From Obrimoposthia wandeli (lineage: Eukaryota): a stretch of DNA of 64,000 bases. The stretch spans positions 372,001 to 436,000 of the forward strand of contig CDROCS010000122.1 in NCBI GenBank assembly GCA_977020255.1, in the 5' to 3' direction. The position numbers and the translations under genes are program-made. Shown piece after piece: positions 29,728-38,452 of the stretch (positions are counted from its first letter, which is position 1; every line of letters begins with the position of its first letter). The notes beneath the pieces were generated by a model. That model was not told the origin of the DNA, did not search any database, and worked only from the letters and a program-made list of their open reading frames with translations.

Positions 29728-29777
29728 ACGGTATATTTACTTGCTTCCCAATTGTTACAAAATTCAGTCCATTAAAT

Positions 29778-30449
29778 TTACATATACGACTTTATTTTCA
29801 CTCTTAACGATTCACGCTTTATATATGGAAAGAGACCTGCCATAAAAGGCGATACTTGATCATGATGCTTTAAGATCATGACAGTAGCTGATAGTGCTTT
29901 TTCTGCGGATCCTTTCTTTTCAGTTAAAATGATACCTCTTAGGAACTCAATATCCTGATTTTCACCAACAATACTTAAAGCACTAATTGCTGACGATACT
30001 ATCTCTGCATCTTTGCTATCCAAGTACCTCAATGTGTACTCTCGAAGTTCAGCATTCGATATTTCATCGTAGCCAAACCATTTAGCTTGCCCAAGTAAAT
30101 AAACTAAGTTTAATTTAATTAGAGGCATATCTAATGTAATATTCTTATTTTTATTTATCCACATTTCATAAAAAACACTGAGTGATTCTTTTTTGTTTTC
30201 TTTACTCCCCCAGTAAAAATTTAGTTTGTTATTAAAATCATATATTAATTTCGAGCAAGCACCTTGTTCATAAAACTGTGATGTGTCTTTATATTGAGAG
30301 CAAAAAACCAAGTCAGGAACATTTACAAATAACTCATGAGACCCTTCCTTTGCGTACGAAGCTAATGATAAAAAAAAGGCCATACTAAGACTGAAGCTGG
30401 CATGCAGCTTACCATGTGATGCTAATTTTTTATTCACTTGCTTCACCAC
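29778..30449 (-). CDS. Hypothetical exported protein with HEAT-like C-terminus; probable orphan immunity protein
   Basis: AT-rich gene with a signal-peptide-like segment ending ASYA, helical repeats (IVSSAISALSIVG), and a position within the rhs orphan array; start uncertain. Confidence 0.55.
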   Translation of the reverse strand: MVKQVNKKLASHGKLHASFSLSMAFFLSLASYAKEGSHELFVNVPDLVFCSQYKDTSQFYEQGACSKLIYDFNNKLNFYWGSKENKKESLSVFYEMWINKNKNITLDMPLIKLNLVYLLGQAKWFGYDEISNAELREYTLRYLDSKDAEIVSSAISALSIVGENQDIEFLRGIILTEKKGSAEKALSATVMILKHHDQVSPFMAGLFPYIKRESLRVKIKSYM

Positions 30450-30487
30450 CCCCTTTTTTTATTATAAATAGTGTATCCCCTAGAATC

Positions 30488-30841
30488 CTAGCCACCTTTA
30501 TATTTAGCATGATTTATTGATGTCATAAATATTACCAACCCAGGAAGAAGGGCTAATAATTTAATAATAGGATGTTCATAATTTAAAAATAAGAAAAGAG
30601 AAATACAAAAAAGAAAAAGAGTTTTAAATGCAAATTTCCGCTCAGTGGTTAGCAACCTAATTATATGCTTTTGAGGTAAGCCTAAGATAGCGGCCAGACC
30701 AAAGAATATTATAATGACATAATGTTCAAAGTTTTGCTTAGCAATCAGGTCAATCAAACCAAGAAGGCATACATACCCTAACCCCCATGAACCTCCTTTT
30801 ATTTCAGGAGCAATAATTCTATTAGAGTCCTTGTCACTCAC
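30488..30841 (-). CDS. Small multi-pass membrane protein; probable immunity to the orphan Rhs toxin
   Basis: 117 aa with about four hydrophobic segments; start overlaps the orphan toxin stop; very AT-rich. Confidence 0.65.
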   Translation of the reverse strand: MSDKDSNRIIAPEIKGGSWGLGYVCLLGLIDLIAKQNFEHYVIIIFFGLAAILGLPQKHIIRLLTTERKFAFKTLFLFCISLFLFLNYEHPIIKLLALLPGLVIFMTSINHAKYKGG

Positions 30842-32229
30842 TATTTTTATCCTCTTTTACTGTTGTTTCATTACTCGCAGCTTCTCTGAACAAAAAAGAG
30901 CTTATTTGACCATATGCGTCAAACCCAAGTCTCGTTGGCATTTCATATTTTAAAGGTAAAGCACTCACAGCTTTTCCGCCTAAATAATATGAAGTCCCTG
31001 AATTAACAACACCAGCCGTAGCAGCTTCATTAATATCATCTCCCGCTGTTACATCTAAATAAACACTCGCTCCACCTAAAGATAAGCTAGACAGTTCTAA
31101 TGCTGTAGCTAAAGGAGTAAGCCCACTAATTAAAGCAATTGATGCTCCATGGCTAGAGTAAGTACTTAATTCTGATGTAACCATAACATAGTCAGCTTCT
31201 TGTAAATCTTTCGTATGGGTGTCGATATGATCTCTTAAACCTCCTCCCACATCGACAGAATCAAAGATATCAAGCCCTCGCTTAATTTTCTCCCACCAAT
31301 TTAATGAGCTATATGGTTTCTTCAATTCTATCTTCCCCTTCTTTACAGCTCAACCCCAATGGATCGATCCACTGGATTGGGTTTGGCGCATAGCGGTAGT
31401 GGTTTATTCCGCCTAATAAGCCTATTGGGGCTTGGTGAATAAACTGCCCGATACTTGGGTCGTAATAGCGAAAGCGGTTGTAGTGTAAACCCGATTCTTG
31501 ATCGTGATATTGCCCTTGGAAGCGCAGTGGGTTATGAATAATATCAACGCTAATAACCGCGCAACCCAACGCGTTGTAGGTGGCTTGCCATACAACGCCG
31601 CCTTCACTGTCGGTTACTGTGTGCGGTGTACCAAGGTGATCGGTGTGATAATAATAAAGTGTGCCATTATCAATCAAGGCTAAAGGGGTAAAATCATCAG
31701 GTGCATAAATATACCAACTGTACTGCCCTTGGCTATGCTCACCAATAAGTTGATCACCATCCCACAAGAAATCGACGGTATGCTGCTCGGTGGTTTTTCG
31801 GCTACGGCGACCGAGGGCATCGTAATCATAATGGCTATACCGACCATTATGGCTTAACTGCGTTAGTTACCAAGGCGCGGGTTACCAAAGCTGTCAAACT
31901 GATAATTTGTTGTTGTGTTGTTTTGGTGATGCGCTTGCAGCTGGTTTAGCGCATCGTAGCTAAACTGCTGGCGGCCTAAGGCGTTATCTTGTATCGCGAT
32001 AAGCTGGCTGGCTGAATCGTAGTGGTATTGTCGGCGATGGCTATTATCGTGTTCACTTATCCATTTTTGTTGTTGTAAACGGCCATGGCTATCGAAATTA
32101 CATTGCTGGGTAATACCATTCGCTTGGTGGCGTTTAAGCTCTCGGCCTAGCTTGTCTCTTTGAACCTTGAGTACATCGGCACCATTGAGTGTGATGGCAC
32201 TCAGTTGTTGCTGGCTACCGTATTGGTAA
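30834..32229 (-). pseudogene. Orphan Rhs module: core fragment plus frameshifted C-terminal toxin
   Basis: 31345-32229 matches the main rhs at about 33673-34702 with a 145-bp deletion; after DPLGL the frame stops at 31309 while the toxin frame (ORF 30834-31325) continues one base offset. Confidence 0.85.
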
Positions 32230-32434
32230 AATTTATGGCTGTTAAAGCTTTGCTCGAATGTGTGTTTTCAAGGCGATAACGCCCTTCATCACTGCGCATA
32301 GTCGTGGTTAGGTTATTCTCTTTATCATATTCATCGTTAAGCCATCTGCAAAGGTTTCAGATAACAAACGTTCTGAGGTATGAAAACTGCGTTTGAAGTC
32401 GAATAAAGATCATCTCTTGATCGTTAATTTTGGT

Positions 32435-32770
32435 TTACTCGTTATTTAAACGTTCAATTTCATCAAATAACGCTTGATCCCATTCAAACTCCATATTGAA
32501 TTTACCTGTAGGTTCCAGTGTGAATTTGGCTCTATTCCATTTATTTTCTGAATTTTCAGTAGTGGTAGAATGAAGTTCTTTAAATAGTTTAAATAAGTTA
32601 TAACCACCGTTTAGATCAAGTAATTTCCCCTTAGTATTAATATATGTCACATCGAATTCGGCTGCATCTTCAAGAAATTCCACTTCGATTTTGCATTCTT
32701 TCCAGTTTTCATTTAGCTGACTGATTAGATGTTCAGCAATCCCCATGTATATTTCGTCAATAGTTTTCAA
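32435..32770 (-). CDS. DUF600/YezG-like immunity protein for the Rhs nuclease toxin
   Basis: Immediately after the rhs stop; IY..IAEHL...W...I and KWNRAKFTLEPTGKFNMEFEW match the DUF600 pattern. Confidence 0.8.
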   Translation of the reverse strand: MKTIDEIYMGIAEHLISQLNENWKECKIEVEFLEDAAEFDVTYINTKGKLLDLNGGYNLFKLFKELHSTTTENSENKWNRAKFTLEPTGKFNMEFEWDQALFDEIERLNNE

Positions 32771-32775
32771 TTGTT

Positions 32776-35700
32776 TTAACCCCCAGTTTGGTTTAATAGT
32801 GTGACCGATTTCTTTTTACCATCTATAAAGTATGTAACATCAAATGCTTCGGCTCTTTTTGAAGTACCATCATAAATGGCATTGATTTCAACTTCTACTT
32901 TTTTAGGTGGATCGCCTTTTAATGCTTTAGCCCATTTATTTTCCATACGCTTCCATGCGCCTTTATTTAAATTGCTATCCATTGCTGCATAATTTATTTG
33001 CTCACCCGGCCCTTTAAAGATTGAAGCAATTAAGTGCCCACCTTCATCTTCGGTTAAACCATCTTTGATACCGTGTGACTTCCCTGCTTTCGCTTGCTGA
33101 TAAGTGTTCCTATCTACTTTGGATAGATCAAGTTCTCCAGTCACTGATTTTACACGGCCTAAATCATCCGTTTTATAAGTGTAATTATCTACTTTATAAG
33201 TCGCATTCGGTTGAAGATCTTTATTCAGTGTTTTATTCCACCCGCCTTTTTTACCCGGATCAAGTTTAATCACAGGTTCTAAATCTTTGTATGTAGGTGT
33301 CACATTCCCTTTAACTAACGACCTCGGGTTAACCACCATCCCGATCGCTGCCATATTACTACCCATACCCTCCCAGTTACGACACTCCCAATTAACGACA
33401 GTATTTGCCTTCAGCTCTTGAGCTGCATCCAATGTATCGTTGATTCTTGCATCGGTTCTATCAACCGCATGGGTTGTAAAACCAAACGGGCGAGTCGCTA
33501 TATCAATGGGATAATATGCCGCATCAACCGTCGTGGATAATGCATCCCATGCGACAGTAAGCGGATCTGCATATATTGCTTCAGCCGTTCCTGTTACCGT
33601 ATCCCCAAAGTACTTAGTTACCCCTCCAACTAAGTAAGCTGAATTCAAGAGAAAATTATCTCCCCCCTCCTTACAACTCAACCCCAACGGATCGATCCAC
33701 TGAATTGGGTTTGGCGCATAACAGTAGTGGTTTATTCCGCCTAATAACCCTATTGGGTCTTGGTGAATAAACTGGCCGATACTTGGGTCGTAATAACGGA
33801 AGCGGTTGTAGTGTAAACCCGATTCTTGATCGTGATATTGCCCTTGGAAGCGCAGTGGGTTATGAATAATATCAACGCTAATAAACGCACAACCCAATGC
33901 GTCGTAGGTGGCTTGCCATACAACGCCGCCTTCACTGTCGGTTACTGTGTGCGGTGTGCCAAGGTGATCGGTGTGATAGTAATAAAGAGCACCATTATCA
34001 ATCAGGGCTAAAGGGGTAAAATCATTCGGTGCGTAAATATACCAACGGTACTGCCCTTGGCTATGCTCACCAATAAGCTGGTCGCCATCCCACAGGAAAT
34101 CGACGGTATGCTGTTCGGTGGTTTTTCGACTGCGGCGACCGAGGGCATCGTAATCATAATGGCTATACCGACCATTATGGCTTAACTGCGTTAGCTGGTT
34201 AAACCCATTGAATTGGCGATGTTGCGTTGAATCTTCATCACGAACCGTCGCTTGATTACCGCATTTATCGTAATCAAATATTTTTGACTGGTAGCGCTGT
34301 AGTCGATCGTTGGTCGATTCACTTTCTTCAAAATCAGGGTTACCAAGGCTCGGGTTACCAAAGCTGTCAAACTTATAATTTGTCGTGGTGTTGTTTTGGT
34401 GATGAGCTTGCAGTTGGTTTAGCGCATCGTAGCTAAACTGCTGGCGGCCTAAGGCGTTATCTTGTATTGCGATAAGCTGGCTGGCTGAATCATAGTGGTA
34501 TTGTCGGCGATGACTATTATCGTGTTCACTTGTCCATTTTTGTTGTTGTAAACGGCCATGGCTATCAAAATCACACTGTTGAGTTATACCATTCGCTTGG
34601 TGACGCTTAAGCTCTCGGCCTAGCTTGTCTCTTTGAACCTTGAATACATCGGCACCATTGAGTGTGATGGCGATCAACTGTTGCTGGCTATCGTATTGGT
34701 AACCTAGGGATTGACCATCAGGTAGAATTAATTGCGTACGGTTACCTTGCTCGTCATACGCATACTGAAGCTGCCATGCATCTTGCCACGTGGTGCTAAG
34801 TTGCTTACTGCCTTGCCACTCAAAACGTAACTTTCTTGCCGTGGTGTTGGCATTCAATAACCGCCCTATAACATCATAATCATACAGTTGGCTATCGCGC
34901 GCACCGCTTTCAGCGATGGTTTGCTTTTCTGTTATCCGCCCAGCGGTATCTCGTACTATATGAACCGTACGATCGCCTTCACGAACAGCAATTAATTGGC
35001 TATTCGCATCGTAAGCATAATGTTGATCTCGACCATCAAAACCAATGGTACGTGATACTCGCTCTTCTGCATCCCACTCTAATTGATAGTTACAGCCGTC
35101 ACTGCGCGTAATACCGGTAAGGTTACGTTCTTGGTCATATTGATATGCGACATAACTGCCATCTGGCTGTATGATCTTCTCTGGCTGAGAGAGCCCACCC
35201 CAAACAATTTGGCTAATACGGCCGATAGGATCGGTATGGCTAATCAGCCGGCCTGCATCATCATACGTATAAGACTGTTCAACCGCGGGCGTTTCATGAT
35301 CAGGATGATAGTGGCGAGTCTGCGCGATATTGCCGGCACTATCTCGCTGATATTCGATGATTGAGCCATCGGGATTGGCGACGCCATTTATCTCGCCATA
35401 GGCGTCATAACTATAGCGTGTTACGGCGTGATTTTGTTTAAACGCTGTCAGCAGCCCTTCTGCGTTCCACCAATAGCTATAACACTGGCCATCTGCGGCT
35501 ACGTGCTGAATTAATCGACCTTGATGGTCATATTCATAGTGGTCTTCAGTGCCTTCAGGATGCCGAGTTTCAAGCAACAACCCTAGGCTATTAAACCGGT
35601 GGGTGGTGATATGCCCAAGGGGTGAACATTGCTCGGTTAATTGACCAAAGCGGTTATAACAATATCGCGTTATCGCACCGTCTGGCGCATGTAATGCACA

Positions 35701-37155
35701 TAACAGCCCCTGAGCGTTATAGTCATAACGCGTTACTCTGCCATTGGGATCGATACCTGCTATTTTCAGACCTAGCTGATTATATTCATATCGCCAAGCC
35801 GCTCCCGCTGGGCTGATTTTTTTGACCAATAAGCCTTGTTCATTATGGTAGTAATGCCATTGATGCCCTCGGCTATCGGTGCTGATGGTCGAACTCGCGC
35901 TGTTATCATAATCAAACTGATACTGATAACAGTGATTATCGCCCCACTGCGCCCGACATTTTGCCATGCTACCGCCACCTAACCATTCAAAATAATGGCT
36001 GAAACCAGATGCTCGCTGGCGACAGGTAAGCAAGTGATCGTCGCGATATTGATAGTGTTCGGTCTGTTTATTTCGGTTTGTTGCCGCAACAAGCTGCCCG
36101 TCGGCATTATAGTGATAAGAGGCGATGACGTTAACGAGGCTGTCATCTTCTTTACTCGGCATTTCGACCGCGATTAAATGACCACTCGCATCATAGCGGA
36201 GTAGTAAACGCAGAAAGCCATTCGTTTCAATACCTATCATTCTTCCTGCGGAGGAATAACGAAAACCATATTGCGTCGTTTGATCGATTCGGAGTTTATC
36301 TAAGCGCCAGCCCTCGTAACGCCATGAAAATCTTAACTGCCTACCATCAGATAAACGTAATAAATAATAGCCTTTAGGATGATGGTATAAACTCGCCCCT
36401 GCGCGTAATTGATAACTCACCGCCCCTTTTGCAATAACATCGAAATAGAGGATGCAGCCTTCATTATCAATGAACCGCCATGTTTCTGGCTGATCTTCTG
36501 GTTCAAGTAAGACTAATTCATATTGATATTGGCTTCGCCAGCCATAGCCCATGCCTACGTCGAACTGACATTGGCCGGAGCGATACATTCTTCCCCATGT
36601 TATGAGCTGTGCGCCAGATAAAGAAGCATCGTCAATAGTCAGGATCTCTTCTCCTGAAACCATCGACACGGGATCACCACAAAATTCAGTTTCTTTAATC
36701 GCGACAGCGGGCGTATCAACGCGGATTTGATCTTCGTTTGGGGTTATCGGTGCTTCTGCTCCCCCTTTGGGCAATGCTGTTCCAGATGAAACAATTGGCG
36801 GTACACTGGGTAATTCGGTGTGGATGATTACGGGCTTGGTTTCAGGAATAGCGCGGCAATGCAGTATGCCTCGTTGCAAGGCTGTGCCTAAAAATTGAAG
36901 TACTTCGCTTTTATGTGACTCGGGTTGTAAACGGGCACGACTTGAAAGTCGAGAATCCACCAAATCGACAACCGCTAAGAGATCACGACTGGCTATGCCA
37001 ATGTACAAATGCTCGAACATCTTCACCAGATTATAAGCGTGTGTTGTGTGGTTAAACGTTTGCACGCCTTCACTACTCGCACTCAGTTTTTCATTCGTAA
37101 ACTGATAGACTAACCCATCATTCGCTTTCAGTTTAACGCTACGACTTACCCCCAT
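32776..37155 (-). CDS. PAAR-less Rhs effector with Endonuclease_NS_2 C-terminal toxin
   Basis: CGDPVSMVSGEE (DUF6531), YD repeats, NPLRFQGQY...RYYDP...QDPIG...DPLGL core end, then a nuclease domain with DEGGHLIASIFKG...NLN. Confidence 0.93.
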   Translation of the reverse strand: MGVSRSVKLKANDGLVYQFTNEKLSASSEGVQTFNHTTHAYNLVKMFEHLYIGIASRDLLAVVDLVDSRLSSRARLQPESHKSEVLQFLGTALQRGILHCRAIPETKPVIIHTELPSVPPIVSSGTALPKGGAEAPITPNEDQIRVDTPAVAIKETEFCGDPVSMVSGEEILTIDDASLSGAQLITWGRMYRSGQCQFDVGMGYGWRSQYQYELVLLEPEDQPETWRFIDNEGCILYFDVIAKGAVSYQLRAGASLYHHPKGYYLLRLSDGRQLRFSWRYEGWRLDKLRIDQTTQYGFRYSSAGRMIGIETNGFLRLLLRYDASGHLIAVEMPSKEDDSLVNVIASYHYNADGQLVAATNRNKQTEHYQYRDDHLLTCRQRASGFSHYFEWLGGGSMAKCRAQWGDNHCYQYQFDYDNSASSTISTDSRGHQWHYYHNEQGLLVKKISPAGAAWRYEYNQLGLKIAGIDPNGRVTRYDYNAQGLLCALHAPDGAITRYCYNRFGQLTEQCSPLGHITTHRFNSLGLLLETRHPEGTEDHYEYDHQGRLIQHVAADGQCYSYWWNAEGLLTAFKQNHAVTRYSYDAYGEINGVANPDGSIIEYQRDSAGNIAQTRHYHPDHETPAVEQSYTYDDAGRLISHTDPIGRISQIVWGGLSQPEKIIQPDGSYVAYQYDQERNLTGITRSDGCNYQLEWDAEERVSRTIGFDGRDQHYAYDANSQLIAVREGDRTVHIVRDTAGRITEKQTIAESGARDSQLYDYDVIGRLLNANTTARKLRFEWQGSKQLSTTWQDAWQLQYAYDEQGNRTQLILPDGQSLGYQYDSQQQLIAITLNGADVFKVQRDKLGRELKRHQANGITQQCDFDSHGRLQQQKWTSEHDNSHRRQYHYDSASQLIAIQDNALGRQQFSYDALNQLQAHHQNNTTTNYKFDSFGNPSLGNPDFEESESTNDRLQRYQSKIFDYDKCGNQATVRDEDSTQHRQFNGFNQLTQLSHNGRYSHYDYDALGRRSRKTTEQHTVDFLWDGDQLIGEHSQGQYRWYIYAPNDFTPLALIDNGALYYYHTDHLGTPHTVTDSEGGVVWQATYDALGCAFISVDIIHNPLRFQGQYHDQESGLHYNRFRYYDPSIGQFIHQDPIGLLGGINHYCYAPNPIQWIDPLGLSCKEGGDNFLLNSAYLVGGVTKYFGDTVTGTAEAIYADPLTVAWDALSTTVDAAYYPIDIATRPFGFTTHAVDRTDARINDTLDAAQELKANTVVNWECRNWEGMGSNMAAIGMVVNPRSLVKGNVTPTYKDLEPVIKLDPGKKGGWNKTLNKDLQPNATYKVDNYTYKTDDLGRVKSVTGELDLSKVDRNTYQQAKAGKSHGIKDGLTEDEGGHLIASIFKGPGEQINYAAMDSNLNKGAWKRMENKWAKALKGDPPKKVEVEINAIYDGTSKRAEAFDVTYFIDGKKKSVTLLNQTGG

Positions 37156-38117
37156 AATGCGTTATCACTCTGCTTTTCATGCCAACCAAACATTGCAGCA
37201 CTTCGATATAACCCATCGGCAATATCTAAATGAAAAACACCCTCGGTGATGCTAACAAGTTTCTGCTGATACATCTTTTGTGTATGCAGTACATTCAGCA
37301 AGCCACTGGTGCAACCTACATCGCCAATACGAATACCATTAAAGAAACATTGCAAATTAATTGAGAATTTTTCAGCGAGTATCTGCATGCCTTGTACCCA
37401 CTCATTCGTCATTGGAATCGAATTGTTGGTCGGTAACTGCATCGCCTGAATAGGCAACCCACATTGTTGGATGTATTGATGAAATAGATTTGAAACCGCA
37501 GATCCTGTTGCATTCGCTTCTGCTTGGGCCGCATAGCTCTGCCAATGTGTTACTAATCCTGTGCTAGCCTGAGTCACTCGAACAATGGCAGCACTGTCAC
37601 AGGCTACAACCGAAACATCATTAAATGCTTTTTTGGGGAAATCGACCTCTGCCTGCTTACTACAAAATCGACTATTGGCATCAATAGCAATCACTAATAC
37701 ACTGGTAAATGTGCCCTTATAAAGGAGTGCCTCTATACGCTTTAGCGCTAATAAAAAAGCGGCTCGTCCATAGGGGTATAAATACAAGTTATCATGCTCA
37801 GATAAGGCCGGTAATACATCACAATAATGAGAAAATACATGTGATGAAGAATGCACATGGTCTGCTGAAAAAGCAGGAAGCAGAACAACCATAGGCACTT
37901 GCTGCCAATCCTTAGGAAGCTTGACGACAACATCTTTAAATAATTGTTGAACTCGCTCTGAATAGCTATCACTAAAACGGTTGTACCGAGCAAGTGCTCG
38001 ACCAGTAAAAGCGGGAGATTCGATCCATATCGGATCCAATGGTTCATCACTTAATAAACATTTTCTCAGATCGACGTCACCAGCATGCAATGCTAAAGAT
38101 TCAAAAAACAATGGCAT
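37146..38117 (-). CDS. Ketosynthase/thiolase-fold T6SS accessory protein (PRK06147-like), putative adaptor
   Basis: YPYGRAAFLLAL, VIAID, DSAA and IGDVGCTSG motifs; tightly packed between PAAR and rhs. Confidence 0.6.
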   Translation of the reverse strand: MPLFFESLALHAGDVDLRKCLLSDEPLDPIWIESPAFTGRALARYNRFSDSYSERVQQLFKDVVVKLPKDWQQVPMVVLLPAFSADHVHSSSHVFSHYCDVLPALSEHDNLYLYPYGRAAFLLALKRIEALLYKGTFTSVLVIAIDANSRFCSKQAEVDFPKKAFNDVSVVACDSAAIVRVTQASTGLVTHWQSYAAQAEANATGSAVSNLFHQYIQQCGLPIQAMQLPTNNSIPMTNEWVQGMQILAEKFSINLQCFFNGIRIGDVGCTSGLLNVLHTQKMYQQKLVSITEGVFHLDIADGLYRSAAMFGWHEKQSDNALWG

Positions 38118-38123
38118 AATCAA

Positions 38124-38414
38124 TTAACCAATTAATACATTGGCAATTCCTGCCACTATTTTTCCACCGTGTGATGAGCTATCACCCATGCGTGCTGCAG
38201 GTTTGCCATTGATAAAGACACTGCCCGAACCGGCAGATACACTATCAGGGGGGCCACCATAACAGACCATTTGATCACCTTGTTTCGCGGCAGGTAAACC
38301 TCCGATAAATACGTTACCTGAGCCCGCAACAATCGGCCCACCGCAATGCGGTGTTTTACCTGAATATTGAGGGCATACATGATGCGAACTAAGTACCGCT
38401 GCTGGCTTACCCAT
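38124..38414 (-). CDS. Stand-alone PAAR spike-tip protein
   Basis: Three PAAR motifs (KPAAV, LPAAK, KPAAR) with His/Cys zinc ligands; 96 aa with no extension. Confidence 0.93.
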   Translation of the reverse strand: MGKPAAVLSSHHVCPQYSGKTPHCGGPIVAGSGNVFIGGLPAAKQGDQMVCYGGPPDSVSAGSGSVFINGKPAARMGDSSSHGGKIVAGIANVLIG

Positions 38415-38452
38415 AGCACATTCCTGAATATAATTTTGCCGTGCATTCCAAA

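Noticed and set aside
29400-34700. Three near-identical blocks of 300-900 bp, considered as IS copies or a CRISPR-like array
   Set aside because: They are Rhs core duplications, with no transposase, terminal repeats or regular repeat-spacer period.
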